Positions 39,346-50,226 of a DNA stretch of 64,000 nt are shown piece after piece. The translations under genes and the position numbers were made by a program. The first letter of the stretch is position 1. Every line of letters starts with the position of its first letter. The DNA is from Escherichia phage AugustSocin, in sequence record MZ501052, one strand, 5' to 3'. The notes beneath the pieces are model-generated. The model did not search any database. It saw only the letters and a list, made by a program, of their open reading frames with translations, and had not been told where the DNA came from.

Positions 39346-39673
39346 GCTTTTGTTTAAAAGAAATAACTCGGAAGTTATTAGTTAAATCTTTCATAAAAGT
39401 TCTTTGACCAGGAACGATTTCAATCAGTCCCCAATCTTCTAACAACCATGCAATCGAATCACGACGAACTTCATCTTCTTCTGTCATTTCAACTTGGCGA
39501 CCATCCATACGAAGCATTTCTTTAAAATGAACGATATAGTATAGTCCTTTTTTCTGAAGAATATGACAGGACTGATACAGAACTTTATCTTTATTATTAG
39601 CAATTCCCATACGAGTCAAAGTTTCTTTTACTTTCAGAAAATCTTCAGGTTTTTTAAGAGTAATTTCAATCAT
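39305..39673 (-). CDS. regA: translational repressor RegA
   Basis: 122-aa ORF; matches recalled T4 RegA. Confidence 0.9.
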   Translation of the reverse strand: MIEITLKKPEDFLKVKETLTRMGIANNKDKVLYQSCHILQKKGLYYIVHFKEMLRMDGRQVEMTEEDEVRRDSIAWLLEDWGLIEIVPGQRTFMKDLTNNFRVISFKQKHEWKLVPKYTIGN

Positions 39674-39674
39674 T

Positions 39675-40238
39675 TTACCATTCCAATGCTAGTTTTTTGA
39701 GTTGTTTCTGTTCTTTTACGTTCTTAGTCACTTCTTTCAAAAAATCATCCGTGACTAAACCTTTTAGTTCTTTTAATACTAAAGGAAGTTTTCCATTTTT
39801 AGTAAGAATTGATTTATAGTTAATTGCATCATTTGTATTAACTTGATACCGCTTAGCAAGTAACTTAATAATCAATACTTCGGTGGAATCTTCAACCAGT
39901 TTTGCCCATTTACCGTATCTTTTACCACGAGGAACAGCAGCCATTAGATAATTAAAATGAGCTTCATCACTTAATCCAGAACCGATTAAATTCATTGCAT
40001 ATACAGCTGGCATGCACTCCGGAAATTGTGATAATGCATTTTCGACCATGAATTTTGAATAATCTTTTTGAGCAATAGAGCATTTAGTTTTATTATTGAT
40101 AGCTCCAATTATTTCAAAAAATTCATTTTCAGCTTTTTCTTTAAAAGAATCAGCAGCGGATTGGACAGCTGTCCAATCTTTTGAATACCAAGCAATCTGA
40201 TGCTCGTTTAATTGAATATCATCTTCAAATAAGCTCAT
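39675..40238 (-). CDS. 62: clamp loader small subunit gp62
   Basis: 187-aa ORF; size and synteny. Confidence 0.9.
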   Translation of the reverse strand: MSLFEDDIQLNEHQIAWYSKDWTAVQSAADSFKEKAENEFFEIIGAINNKTKCSIAQKDYSKFMVENALSQFPECMPAVYAMNLIGSGLSDEAHFNYLMAAVPRGKRYGKWAKLVEDSTEVLIIKLLAKRYQVNTNDAINYKSILTKNGKLPLVLKELKGLVTDDFLKEVTKNVKEQKQLKKLALEW

Positions 40239-40239
40239 A

Positions 40240-41199
40240 TCACTTCCACTGCATTTCGCATGCTAATTGAATGAAAAGATAAGCTAAATGCAATTCAGTA
40301 TTAGCTGCAATACCATGATACTGATTATTTTCGCCGACAATTTCGTACATACGAATAATACTCTGTGGAGTTACACGTGAATAGATTTCTTCGGCAAGTT
40401 TACCTACGAACCACGAATAATCGGCTGCATATTTTGGTGCTAAAGCTCTGAGTTGTTTAACATCTTTATTTTTGAGAGACTCAAGAACATCATCAATAGC
40501 ACCACGATCGTTAGTAACCAGTGATAAAATACCAGCATCCAAAACACCTTTAGATGAATAACTATCGAGCTCGCCAATAGTTTTACGAAAATCAGGAAAA
40601 TTCTTTTTAACCAAAGCTGCTACAACTTTCATATCAGCTATAGCAATACCTTCATGTTTACAGATTTCGGTCAACCGACGAATCATCTGCTTCATCATTT
40701 CAATTTTATCTTCATCGGTCGGTTGACCGAATGTGATAACTCGGCAGCGTGACTGAAGCGGTTTAATAATACCATCAATATTGTTAGCAGTAATAATAAT
40801 ACTACAGTTTGAGCTGTAAGCTTCCATAAAGGAACGAAGATGTCGCTGAGATTCTGCTAAACCTGAACGGTCAAATTCATCAATAACGATTACTTTTTGA
40901 CGACCATCAAATGAAGCGGCGCTGGCAAAATTAGTCAAAGGACCACGAACGAAATCAATTTTACAATCTGACCCATTCACAAACATCATATCAGCATTTA
41001 CATCATGACACAATGCTTTTGCTACAGTTGTTTTACCTGTTCCTGGAGAAGGAGAATGAAGAATAATATGTGGAATCTTACCTTTACTTGTAATAGATTT
41101 AAAGGTTTCTTTATCAAAGGCGGGAAGAATACATTCATCGATAGTAGATGGACGATATTTCTGTTCAAGAATGTGTTCTTTTTCATTTACGGTAATCAT
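40240..41199 (-). CDS. 44: clamp loader large subunit gp44 (AAA+)
   Basis: about 319 aa from [15 protein letters not shown]; Walker [10 protein letters not shown]. Confidence 0.93.
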
Positions 41200-41232
41200 A
41201 ATTTCCTCATTCAAGTTTTAGTGTAAATTATA

Positions 41233-41250
41233 AAGGGCCGAAGCCCTCTA
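41233..41250 (-). other. tetraloop hairpin between genes 45 and 44
   Basis: AGGGCC-GAAG-CCCT stem-loop in the intercistronic gap. Confidence 0.4.
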
Positions 41251-41937
41251 TTAAAAATCGTGGGTAGAATCAGCTTCAAGAGCTACTACATAATTCGCAT
41301 GTTCACCTTCAAATTTAGCAGCGCCTTGTTTACCTTTTGCCCAGAGCAGAAGTTTATAATTTCCTGGTTGCATTTTCATATTTGCCATATTGATAATGAA
41401 ATTAAATGTGTTTTCACCATCATAATCACCAAGAGTCAAAGAATATTTAACACGAGTCAAAGCAGAATCTTCTACTTTATTAAAACCGTTAATTACGATT
41501 TTACCTTCTTTTACTGTGATAGCAATTGTATCAATCTGCAGACCGCGAGATACACGCAACAGCTGTTGAAGGTCTTCAGCTTTAATTTCGGTAACAACAG
41601 ATGCTACCGGGAATGGAATTGGTTTATTAGGAGCAACTACTGTACTCGGATCGGCTGCTGGCCAAAAAATTGTTGAACGGGCATCAGCAATTTTAATATT
41701 TCCATCTTCTGACTGGGAAATTTCTGCATCATCATTAACTAGAGACAGAATACCGAGAAAACCGTTCAAATCGTAAATTGCTACATCAAAATCAATAGTG
41801 TCAGAAATATTTGCTTCCGCGTAAGTTGTACCATTAACTGCGCGAGTCATAATAAATTGACCGGATTTAAGCATAATACCAGAGTTAATAGTAGCGAAAT
41901 TTTTAAGCAGAGCAGTAGTATCTTTAGACAGTTTCAT
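41251..41937 (-). CDS. 45: sliding clamp gp45
   Basis: 228-aa ORF; size and synteny. Confidence 0.93.
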   Translation of the reverse strand: MKLSKDTTALLKNFATINSGIMLKSGQFIMTRAVNGTTYAEANISDTIDFDVAIYDLNGFLGILSLVNDDAEISQSEDGNIKIADARSTIFWPAADPSTVVAPNKPIPFPVASVVTEIKAEDLQQLLRVSRGLQIDTIAITVKEGKIVINGFNKVEDSALTRVKYSLTLGDYDGENTFNFIINMANMKMQPGNYKLLLWAKGKQGAAKFEGEHANYVVALEADSTHDF

Positions 41938-41968
41938 GTAATTTCCTTCAATTCAAATGAGATTTAAT

Positions 41969-41992
41969 TTTATAACTAATTTAATAAAGCAA
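41969..41992 (-). promoter_or_regulatory. candidate middle promoter (MotA box TTGCTTTA plus -10 TATAAA) for gene 45
   Basis: minus-strand aTTGCTTTA, about 10 nt, then TATAAA upstream of the gene 45 ATG. Confidence 0.4.
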
Positions 41993-42382
41993 TTAACGAT
42001 TAAAATCAGCCGCAATTGTTTCCGCAACAATTTGAGCAGCAACAATTAGACGTTCATCTGCATTACCACAATAATCATCTTCAAGGCGTTCACCACATGA
42101 AGTCATAATAAATTTAGCACCGGCGTTTAGGGATTCTGTAGTATGTTTGCGCATTAGTTCAATCCATTTATTACTTACTTCACGATCGATAGCTTCATAA
42201 TACGCATGACGAGCAGGTGCAGATTTAATTTTGTTCTGAATAACTTCCATTGCGTTATCAGAAAGAGACAAAACCCATGCGCGACGAATTTTATTTTGGT
42301 TTTGCGGATTTGAGTCAGAACGCACGTGTTTTGGCTGAATATCTTTTACATCAACAGTATAATTCACAGTAATTTTAGTCAT
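41993..42382 (-). CDS. rpbA: RNA polymerase binding protein RpbA
   Basis: 129-aa ORF; size and position. Confidence 0.75.
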   Translation of the reverse strand: MTKITVNYTVDVKDIQPKHVRSDSNPQNQNKIRRAWVLSLSDNAMEVIQNKIKSAPARHAYYEAIDREVSNKWIELMRKHTTESLNAGAKFIMTSCGERLEDDYCGNADERLIVAAQIVAETIAADFNR

Positions 42383-42391
42383 AATACACCT

Positions 42392-42580
42392 TTAGTCATA
42401 ATAATCAGTAACAGTCCAAGCTTCATTTCTATTGGACATTATTTTTGTATATTCTGCTTTAAATGCATTCCTAAGCATAGATTCAGTAACTATATGCTCT
42501 TCATTAGAAAAATTATTTCTCAGAATATATCGTTTTATTTCAGGAAAAGTTAATAAATGCTGTCCAGTTGAATATTCCAT
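42392..42580 (-). CDS. hypothetical protein (62 aa)
   Basis: ORF-track ORF. Confidence 0.45.
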   Translation of the reverse strand: MEYSTGQHLLTFPEIKRYILRNNFSNEEHIVTESMLRNAFKAEYTKIMSNRNEAWTVTDYYD

Positions 42581-42635
42581 GTTTTTCCTCCATAGAGATT
42601 ATACTCTAATAAATTAAAGCATAATCTCTTATAAA

Positions 42636-44318
42636 TTAAACCATTACAGTAAATCGACCAACTTTCTTCATTTGAAGATGCTGACCATATTCTTGTGGGT
42701 CATGGTCTTTATGCGAAATTATAAAAACATTAGTATTTTTCATTGAATTTATAATATTCGCTACACCTTTAATACCTTCGGCATCAAATGACCCATCAAA
42801 CACTTCATCGAGTATTAATGTACTAATACTAACACCAGATACAATAGAAGCAATATCACGCCAAGTAAATAAAAGAGCAATATCAATTCTTGCCTTTTCA
42901 CCTTCACTAAATGAAGCATAACTAAAATCTTCACGACCACGGGATTTAATTGTCTCATTAAATTCTTCATCTAATGTAAACACATAATCCGCTTCCATTA
43001 TTTTAAGATAATGGTTAATCTGCTTATTAAATAATGGAATGTACTTTTTAATAATAGCACCTTTAATACCAGAATCTTTGAGCATATCAGTCAAAATTCC
43101 TCGGTGGTATTTTTCCATTACTAAATTAGTTTTTGTCTTAACAATTTTATCAAGTTCTTCTTGAAGCAGTGCTATTTCATCAGCATGGTCAATAAACTCA
43201 GAAGATGCTTTTTCTATAGCTGCTTTAACTTTTTTAGCTTTATCTACCGTCGTGATTAGAGATTGCTTTTTATTGCGAATATCATTTGCCAACGACTGCT
43301 GGGTTTTAATATTATCTCGGTATTCATCAACAAGAACTTTTAAATTATCACGATGTGTTGAAAGCTGTTCAAACGAATGCGTACATTCAGAAACTTTATC
43401 TTTAATTTTAGAAACAACTTTATCACCTGAACTTAATTGTGACAAGCAGGTTGGACATAATCCGCCTTCGTGATACATATTAATGACTTTATTATACGAG
43501 TCAATTTTTGATTTAATTAAAACTGCTTCTTGACCGATTTTATTAAATGCATCAGTCGGGTCTTCATCTAAAACAATATTAACTAATCTTTCATTAGCTT
43601 CTTCTATTTCCGATTTTAGCGTTCTAGCTTCTTTTGCCAAATCATCATACATATTTTGCAGACGAGTAAGGTTGTCACCAGTTAATTTTTTCTGGCGTTC
43701 AACGTTATCATTATATATTTTAATTTGTTGGATAATACTATCTTTTTTAACATCAAGCACTTGGTTCTGCGAATTTAATTCGCGTATTAGTGCTTTATTA
43801 AGCTTATCCATTTCAGCTAATGTTCCTACCTCAAGCAGGTCTTCCACAAGCTTTCTTCGCGCAGGGGTCGACAAACCCATGAAAGGGGTATACCCTGCTG
43901 TACCAAGGACAACAATCTGCTTGAAACTGGCATATGACATTCCGATAAGCTGTTCAAATTCTGCTTGGAAATCTTTACTGCTGGCAGATTCATTAAGACG
44001 TGTACCGTTAACGGTGATTTCGAAAACGTTTGGTTTTTGTCCTCTTTTGATATAGTACTTTTTCTCATCATATTCCATCCACAGTTCAACTAAAAGTTCT
44101 TTCTTATTTGTGCTGTTTATTAATTGACCTTTCTTTACATCACGAAATGGTTTGCCAAAAAGCCCAAATGTGATGGCTTCTAACATAGTAGACTTACCAC
44201 CGCCATTTCGTCCAGTAATAAGAGTTTTTTGAACCTTATCTAGTTGAATGTCAATAGGATTTCCACCTACTGACATTATATTTTGATACCTAACTCGGTT
44301 TAGTTTAAAATTCTTCAC
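42636..44318 (-). CDS. 46: recombination endonuclease subunit gp46 (Rad50/SbcC-like)
   Basis: 560-aa ORF; Walker A GRNGGGKST, coiled-coil middle, CPTC zinc hook. Confidence 0.92.
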   Translation of the reverse strand: MKNFKLNRVRYQNIMSVGGNPIDIQLDKVQKTLITGRNGGGKSTMLEAITFGLFGKPFRDVKKGQLINSTNKKELLVELWMEYDEKKYYIKRGQKPNVFEITVNGTRLNESASSKDFQAEFEQLIGMSYASFKQIVVLGTAGYTPFMGLSTPARRKLVEDLLEVGTLAEMDKLNKALIRELNSQNQVLDVKKDSIIQQIKIYNDNVERQKKLTGDNLTRLQNMYDDLAKEARTLKSEIEEANERLVNIVLDEDPTDAFNKIGQEAVLIKSKIDSYNKVINMYHEGGLCPTCLSQLSSGDKVVSKIKDKVSECTHSFEQLSTHRDNLKVLVDEYRDNIKTQQSLANDIRNKKQSLITTVDKAKKVKAAIEKASSEFIDHADEIALLQEELDKIVKTKTNLVMEKYHRGILTDMLKDSGIKGAIIKKYIPLFNKQINHYLKIMEADYVFTLDEEFNETIKSRGREDFSYASFSEGEKARIDIALLFTWRDIASIVSGVSISTLILDEVFDGSFDAEGIKGVANIINSMKNTNVFIISHKDHDPQEYGQHLQMKKVGRFTVMV

Positions 44319-44575
44319 AAAAGATTCCTTTTAATGTATCTTTTAGACCATTCTATCATATCATAATCTAAAAAGTATTCATCAAATTCAGCCATGCAAA
44401 CAACACCTTGTGCTGCTTTTGATGTGATATAAATTATTCCAACATATCTAGAATCTTCTTCGGTATAATCAATATTTGCTATGAATTCATCATTAATGTC
44501 AAATGTCGAAAACTTCACAGTATGCATCCTTAATACAAGATACAGCCATATCTCGTAATGATTTAGGTGTGTCAT
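44315..44575 (-). CDS. hypothetical protein (86 aa)
   Basis: ORF-track ORF; overlaps the gene 46 start. Confidence 0.4.
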   Translation of the reverse strand: MTHLNHYEIWLYLVLRMHTVKFSTFDINDEFIANIDYTEEDSRYVGIIYITSKAAQGVVCMAEFDEYFLDYDMIEWSKRYIKRNLL

Positions 44576-44762
44576 TATCTAAAATGTTGAAGTTAAAAGA
44601 TACAGCCCAGTCAGTGCAGACTGTAACCTTTTTAATACAATTATCTTCAACCTCTAGCGGTTCAAACCAATATTCAATAATTTCTTTATGACCAATATCA
44701 TCTTTTACTTCGCATTCAAAATGCTGACTCATCATAACATTTTTAAATTCATCAAAAGTCAT
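44499..44762 (-). CDS. hypothetical protein (87 aa or shorter)
   Basis: ORF-track ORF; 77-nt overlap with the downstream ORF suggests an internal start. Confidence 0.4.
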   Translation of the reverse strand: MTFDEFKNVMMSQHFECEVKDDIGHKEIIEYWFEPLEVEDNCIKKVTVCTDWAVSFNFNILDNDTPKSLRDMAVSCIKDAYCEVFDI

Positions 44763-45778
44763 TGTGTTGCCTCTACATATAACTGATTTGCATATTGAAT
44801 AAGTGCTTCACGGTCAGAATCAGTGATGTCTGGAATTGCATTAATGTATTCTTCCATCAACGTCTGAAGCGATTGAACTTCAACTTCTTCACTATCATCT
44901 GACCCGACAGAGTTATCAATCTTTGACACAACTCGTAATGAATGCACAACTTTTTCTAGTTCAGATTCGAACTTCGTCAGATTTTTGTCTACTTCAGTTA
45001 CTATAACACGTACTGATAGATTTGTAAAATCTTTATAGTCAATTTTTCCTTTAAATGGATAATGAATTCTACGATGCCAGGTAGTATTGTTTGGAATAAA
45101 TTCCATTCGTTCTGTTTCTGTATCAAACATCCAGAACCCACGAGGGTCATTCTCGTCACCTGCAGTTAGTGTCCATGGTGTCCCAATATATCTGACGTTA
45201 GCAGCCTCAGAGATAGTATGGAAGTGACCAGACCACACTTCTTTATAAGTCTTAAGGAAATCAGGTTCAAGACCATGAGATTTCATTCCTTTATAAAAAT
45301 AAAATCCGTTCAGTTCCCAGTGACCAACGCAAAAAGAAGCAGATGAAGTTTTGATGTGTTCAAGAATTTCACCAGTATTTTCTTCACACATCCAAGGAAT
45401 TAAATCAATTAAACATCCGTCAAAATCTACTGTAGTAGGCTTATCATACACTTTAACATTAGGATATTTAGCCAAAAGCTCAGTAGAGGCATTTGGATGC
45501 ATTACATTTTTATAGTGGAGATCGTGATTTCCTACAATAGTATGTAATGTAATTCCAGCATCATCAAGCGTTTGAACTATTTCACGAGCGAACTCCATAG
45601 TTTTATGTGTGATTGCTTTTCGCACATCAAAAATATCACCATATTGAATCCATACAGTAATTCCATTTTTCTTAGAATATTCTATCGCTTGCTTAATTCC
45701 ATCAATTTGAATACCGCGAATCCACTCATCATCGGCTTTAACGCCTAAATGCCAATCACCTAAATTTAAAATTTTCAT
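44759..45778 (-). CDS. 47: recombination endonuclease subunit gp47 (Mre11/SbcD-like)
   Basis: 339-aa ORF; phosphoesterase motifs (GDWH, GNHD). Confidence 0.92.
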   Translation of the reverse strand: MKILNLGDWHLGVKADDEWIRGIQIDGIKQAIEYSKKNGITVWIQYGDIFDVRKAITHKTMEFAREIVQTLDDAGITLHTIVGNHDLHYKNVMHPNASTELLAKYPNVKVYDKPTTVDFDGCLIDLIPWMCEENTGEILEHIKTSSASFCVGHWELNGFYFYKGMKSHGLEPDFLKTYKEVWSGHFHTISEAANVRYIGTPWTLTAGDENDPRGFWMFDTETERMEFIPNNTTWHRRIHYPFKGKIDYKDFTNLSVRVIVTEVDKNLTKFESELEKVVHSLRVVSKIDNSVGSDDSEEVEVQSLQTLMEEYINAIPDITDSDREALIQYANQLYVEATQ

Positions 45779-45915
45779 ATATCAAGAACCGTCATTGAAA
45801 TGCAAAATAAAATTATTGAAATAAACCCATCTGGTGTGCTAAAGAACCCAATCCAACATGCTCTAGTGAATAGATAAAATGCAAGAAAAAGTATCACATA
45901 TCCAAGAAATATCAT
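45775..45915 (-). CDS. small membrane protein (46 aa)
   Basis: hand-translated hydrophobic ORF; stop overlaps the gene 47 ATG; not in track. Confidence 0.3.
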   Translation of the reverse strand: MIFLGYVILFLAFYLFTRACWIGFFSTPDGFISIILFCISMTVLDI

Positions 45916-45938
45916 TATATCAAACTCCGTATAAAGCT

Positions 45939-45957
45939 AAAGGGCCGAAGCCCTTTA
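45939..45957 (-). terminator. tetraloop hairpin at the alpha-gt 3' end
   Basis: AAGGGCC-GAAG-CCCTTT with T-rich flank. Confidence 0.45.
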
Positions 45958-47157
45958 TTTTGTAATAATGTCAAACTGTTCTTTAAAGCAGAAGCTTGAA
46001 TCTTGATGCTGATACAAAAATTCATATGCTTTTTCTCGCTCACGGTCATAAAGAGCTCGGTCAGATGACAGTTCTTTAATACGTTCAAATGTTGATTCCA
46101 TATCATTTTCATCAAACCAAATGATACCGCTATCATGCGAGGTCAAAGGAGTATTATCAACACGGAATTTTAAATTTTCGCCAGTAGATTTCCAAAATAC
46201 CGGAATTGTTCCACATGCACCAAGCTCGAGATGAGTATATTCTAAAGAACGTTGTAGATATTTTTTGTCCAACTTACTCAGCTGATAACCAAATCCGGAT
46301 TTACTCATGCGTTCAAGCATTTCGCTATTTACATAACGGTCAAGAATTTGCGTTGGCAAATTAGGAGCAATTTTAATTTGGTCTACTTGATGAAGACGAT
46401 AATACTCGTATGGAATTCCTTTTTCTTTAATAGGAATGAACGCTGGAGAACGTTCCAGACCTTCCATAATAGTACTTAGTCCTGCAGGTTTAAGATGTTT
46501 TTCGTGAAAATCAAACATCTGATAAAAACCTTTCCATGTAGTCGTACGACCAATCCAACGGTTGATATTCATGTTAATTTCAGAAACATCTTTCCAGTAG
46601 GTTGACCGAACCTTCGCAATATCCATAGGAGGCTGAAAGTTATATACTGTCGGTGCTTCTTCAATATCATCAAACAGAGAAACTGTTTCTGGATACCATT
46701 CTTTCATCAGAACTTTATTAAAATCACCATTATCAGAATGGCTAAAAATAACATCAGCTCGACGAACAGTTTCTTCTAATCCCAAATTTCGACGCAAAGA
46801 AAGAGAAGAATGGTCATGTTGATAAACTACAACACGAACAGAAGGTTTAATGTTATCAATAATTTTTTTATAGTTATTAATAGAGTCTTCTTCAACCGAA
46901 GTAGCAGGAACTGAATTGATAATTAGAATATCACAATCATTTACCAGCTTAAGTGTTTTATCATATTCTTTTGCCAATAAAACCGGAATTGAAAATGATT
47001 TATAATCATGCGCGCAATTACGAGTAAATGATTTATCTTTAGCATAAACCAAAGTTACTTCATGACCATTCTTAATAAACCAATCACGTTGCTCAAGAGA
47101 AAATTTAGTTACACCACAACCTTCAAGACCTCGAGCCATAAAAATACATACTTTCAT
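45955..47157 (-). CDS. a-gt: alpha-glucosyltransferase
   Basis: 400-aa ORF; near-identical to recalled T4 alpha-gt. Confidence 0.93.
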   Translation of the reverse strand: MKVCIFMARGLEGCGVTKFSLEQRDWFIKNGHEVTLVYAKDKSFTRNCAHDYKSFSIPVLLAKEYDKTLKLVNDCDILIINSVPATSVEEDSINNYKKIIDNIKPSVRVVVYQHDHSSLSLRRNLGLEETVRRADVIFSHSDNGDFNKVLMKEWYPETVSLFDDIEEAPTVYNFQPPMDIAKVRSTYWKDVSEINMNINRWIGRTTTWKGFYQMFDFHEKHLKPAGLSTIMEGLERSPAFIPIKEKGIPYEYYRLHQVDQIKIAPNLPTQILDRYVNSEMLERMSKSGFGYQLSKLDKKYLQRSLEYTHLELGACGTIPVFWKSTGENLKFRVDNTPLTSHDSGIIWFDENDMESTFERIKELSSDRALYDREREKAYEFLYQHQDSSFCFKEQFDIITK

Positions 47158-47210
47158 TTAATATCCTCTTTGTTTTGGTTTATTTTACCAAAAATTTATA
47201 AAGCAATATA

Positions 47211-47226
47211 GGAGCCGAAGCTCCTA
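47211..47226 (-). other. tetraloop hairpin
   Basis: TAGGAGC-CGAA-GCTCCTA upstream of alpha-gt. Confidence 0.4.
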
Positions 47227-47400
47227 TCTACATAATACGCCATACAGAGGCTCGTTAGAACTTTTAAATTTTATGCGCTTATATTTTATAGTTCCTTCTG
47301 CTTTAGCTTTATCATGAGACGCTTTAAAGAGTCTCATCATTTCCTCTTTAGAGGAACGAATTTTATTATAATCTATTTCAGAAGTCTGGGTGTTCATCTT

Positions 47401-47607
47401 TCATAACTGCCACCATTTTTTGACTTGATAAGAATCAACCCACACTTTCATATTAGGGTCTGCTCTTACAATAGGAGGATTAACTTCTTTAATTGAACTA
47501 TCATGGTATTCTTTTTCAGAAATTTTCACACAAAGATGACCATTCAAAGATTCAGTAAATCCTGCATTAATTTTAAGACGCTTGAATTTTACGTGTGTAA
47601 GCATCAA
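47401..47607 (-). CDS. hypothetical protein (68 aa)
   Basis: ORF-track ORF. Confidence 0.4.
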   Translation of the reverse strand: MMLTHVKFKRLKINAGFTESLNGHLCVKISEKEYHDSSIKEVNPPIVRADPNMKVWVDSYQVKKWWQL

Positions 47608-47890
47608 TCATATCCTCAATTTGCGATCTAGTAGTCTTCCAAAGAATACTGATGAGTTCATCGTTATATGGCTGTTTTAGAATATCCCGACTTTTCTTGA
47701 TAGCATATTCGTATTGAGCAAAATTATTGTTTTCAGCTGCAATCTGAGCGTGCTTATAAAGACGATTCAGTTCGCGTTTGTTTTTAGACAATAACTTATT
47801 TGCTTTTCTTTCTGCTTCAAGACGGTTCTTTTCTTCAATAGAAGAAATAAGCTTTTCCACTTCATCATTAATTTCGGGTTTATCAGTCAT
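47573..47890 (-). CDS. hypothetical protein (105 aa)
   Basis: ORF-track ORF. Confidence 0.45.
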   Translation of the reverse strand: MTDKPEINDEVEKLISSIEEKNRLEAERKANKLLSKNKRELNRLYKHAQIAAENNNFAQYEYAIKKSRDILKQPYNDELISILWKTTRSQIEDMIDAYTRKIQAS

Positions 47891-47891
47891 A

Positions 47892-48110
47892 TTATTTCTC
47901 TAATATAAAATAAAAATCATCATCTGTTAAATGATACCTGTAATTTAATTCTACACCATTAGATTTAAAAGCGGTATCATACGGATTTTCTGGATCAATA
48001 TCAATGTCAAGAGCTAAAACTTCCCTGAGATACATTTTAAGTAAATAGGGAATAGCTTCAACTTCAGGTATTTCTTCCAAGAATCCGGAGAGGTTAATCG
48101 TTAGCCTCAT
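47892..48110 (-). CDS. hypothetical protein (72 aa)
   Basis: ORF-track ORF. Confidence 0.45.
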
Positions 48111-48651
48111 ATAAAAAATCCAAACTAGGAGAATCGTCTACAACACTTTTCTTTTCAGCCCCCGGTGTTCTATAGGTTGATTCTTCGTAATGCGTCATTT
48201 TATCGTAGATGTCTTGAATAAAAGTTTCATCTACTAACGCAACCATATCGTCGTCACGACTGTCATAGACATTGTGAACGAAGTAACTATATTTCTTTGC
48301 AACTTCCTTACGTTCTTTTTTAATACGCTGGACGAATGCATTAAAACAAGCTTGAGTTATATATGCATGTGGGTTTTTATATTTCGTTTCATCAAAATTG
48401 TGAAGCCCCTTAATAGAAGCTTCTATACCATCTGCAATCATTTCTTGTTTCCAAGACTGGGTGTATCCTGAAAAGTTGAAACGCTTAGATAAGCCTTCTG
48501 CAATAAGCATAATGGCTAATCCGATAGTATCATTCTGACGAACTACTTTATTTGGGTCTTTATTATTTGCTAATTCTGTTTTCCAATCAATAATAGCTTG
48601 TAAAAGCTCTTTATTGTTTACGTAATTATATTTAGGCTTAGTTTCTGACAT
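48094..48651 (-). CDS. 55: late sigma factor gp55
   Basis: 185 aa from [17 protein letters not shown]; matches recalled T4 gp55. Confidence 0.93.
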
Positions 48652-48729
48652 TTTCACCTCTTAGCTCAATTCATAGATCTATTATATCATAATATTTGAA
48701 GATCCATCTTAAAGCATAGAGGATATCAG

Positions 48730-48999
48730 TTATCTAAGTAAACAGTATGCTTGGAATACTTTCTCCATCATCTTTTTAAATTCATGAATATCTATATAAT
48801 GACTAGTTAGATCAGCATGATATAAAAAGTCTAAAAACTTTTCATGTGTACTAACATATTCGCTTTCATTTAATTCAGAAACATGGCTTTCCCAATATCC
48901 AACACCAGTCTTATTTGGGAAAAATGAAATTTTCATGTATTGGTCAACATAGAAAATGCCATAATTTTCAATAGTAATAGAAATATTAATAAATTTCAT
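48730..48999 (-). CDS. hypothetical protein (89 aa)
   Basis: ORF-track ORF. Confidence 0.45.
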   Translation of the reverse strand: MKFINISITIENYGIFYVDQYMKISFFPNKTGVGYWESHVSELNESEYVSTHEKFLDFLYHADLTSHYIDIHEFKKMMEKVFQAYCLLR

Positions 49000-49211
49000 A
49001 CATTCATCAACTTAGCCGCTCCAAGAGCTGCATCTAGTGAATCAAATTGGTCAACGTATTCAATCAATTCGCCGTAATTGGCATATAACCACCATTGGCT
49101 AAATTCATACTCAAGGATGAATCCGTTTCCTTCAATTTGAGTTAAACCATTGCCGTTTGTATTTACTTCATATCCGGCAAGACGCAAATCGTTAATAAGA
49201 GCTTCGTTCAT
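48996..49211 (-). CDS. hypothetical protein (71 aa)
   Basis: ORF-track ORF. Confidence 0.45.
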   Translation of the reverse strand: MNEALINDLRLAGYEVNTNGNGLTQIEGNGFILEYEFSQWWLYANYGELIEYVDQFDSLDAALGAAKLMNV

Positions 49212-49213
49212 AA

Positions 49214-49540
49214 TTATACCTTAGTAATTTTCAGGTCTGCAAATTTTTTCTTGCGTTGATTTTTCATGCGACGAATAGTTTTATCGGAAATTTCATGCTT
49301 TTGATAAGCTTTAGATTCTACACCAAAAGCTTTAACATCAAATTCTGACAAGATATATTGAACCAACAATTCACGGACAGTATTGCGTCCAATCTTCTGA
49401 TCATTCTGTTTCATCGTTTGATGAAGCTCTTTTTCCCATTTATCCAAACTTTGAGGAGTTACAATATCGCCTTTTTCTAGCAAAGAAACTACTTTATCAT
49501 ATGCGTAAGAATTGATGGCGTTTTTAATTTGAATAGTCAT
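49214..49540 (-). CDS. hypothetical protein (108 aa)
   Basis: ORF-track ORF. Confidence 0.45.
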   Translation of the reverse strand: MTIQIKNAINSYAYDKVVSLLEKGDIVTPQSLDKWEKELHQTMKQNDQKIGRNTVRELLVQYILSEFDVKAFGVESKAYQKHEISDKTIRRMKNQRKKKFADLKITKV

Positions 49541-49574
49541 ACATTATCCTCAATTACGTTAAAATTTTATTATC

Positions 49575-49592
49575 CAAAAAGGGCCGAAGCCC
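49575..49592 (-). other. tetraloop hairpin
   Basis: AAGGGCC-GAAG-CCCTT. Confidence 0.4.
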
Positions 49593-49793
49593 TTAGCTAA
49601 ACTTTTTGGCACCCTTCCAGCCTTCGTACATCATTGCGACTGACAATAACAAAGCTCCTTCACATGCTGCATACTTATTATTCCAGAACCAATTTAGAAA
49701 AACTTCATCCTCAATACCATTGTGTTTCATGTTCTGGAAAAATTTGGCGCGTTCTTCAGCAATTCGCTGCGATAATTTAGATTCAGGATTCAT
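49593..49793 (-). CDS. hypothetical protein (66 aa)
   Basis: ORF-track ORF. Confidence 0.4.
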   Translation of the reverse strand: MNPESKLSQRIAEERAKFFQNMKHNGIEDEVFLNWFWNNKYAACEGALLLSVAMMYEGWKGAKKFS

Positions 49794-50009
49794 TTAAATT
49801 TTCCAATTACCATTTTCATCAATAAATTTAATCCAGTCATTTACTGACCACTTAGTTGTATCACCTTTTGGAGTAACATTTAAAGTGTATAACCCCTGCT
49901 TAAAAAGCATTCGTTTGATATTCATATTTTCCTCAGCTGTAACGATAACACTCGTTTGATTTACGTTTAGCAACTCGTTGAGAAGTATTATAATCAAAAT
50001 CATCGTCAA
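49794..50009 (-). CDS. hypothetical protein (71 aa)
   Basis: ORF-track ORF. Confidence 0.4.
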   Translation of the reverse strand: MTMILIIILLNELLNVNQTSVIVTAEENMNIKRMLFKQGLYTLNVTPKGDTTKWSVNDWIKFIDENGNWKI

Positions 50010-50226
50010 TGTAAACTGATTTTTTCAACTTTCTTACTTCACCACGTAATTGACGATTTAGCTCATCTTTAACTTCTGAATCAATACCTTTCATTCTACG
50101 CCATTTATCTGAGCGAAAAATGTTTTCAACCATATCTTTATGACTTACACCATCAGGAGCTTTACGCTTTCCGAAATAGTCATAATCACGTACTTTTAAA
50201 TCTTTACGACGATACGTTTTACCCAT
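49933..50226 (-). CDS. hypothetical basic protein (about 97 aa)
   Basis: internal ATG (MGKTYRRKD...) overlapping the stop of the upstream small ORF. Confidence 0.4.
   Translation of the reverse strand: MGKTYRRKDLKVRDYDYFGKRKAPDGVSHKDMVENIFRSDKWRRMKGIDSEVKDELNRQLRGEVRKLKKSVYIDDDFDYNTSQRVAKRKSNECYRYS

Noticed and set aside
45915-46136. 73-aa ORF overlapping the alpha-gt 3' end
   Set aside because: Out-of-frame overlap with a highly conserved alpha-gt coding region.
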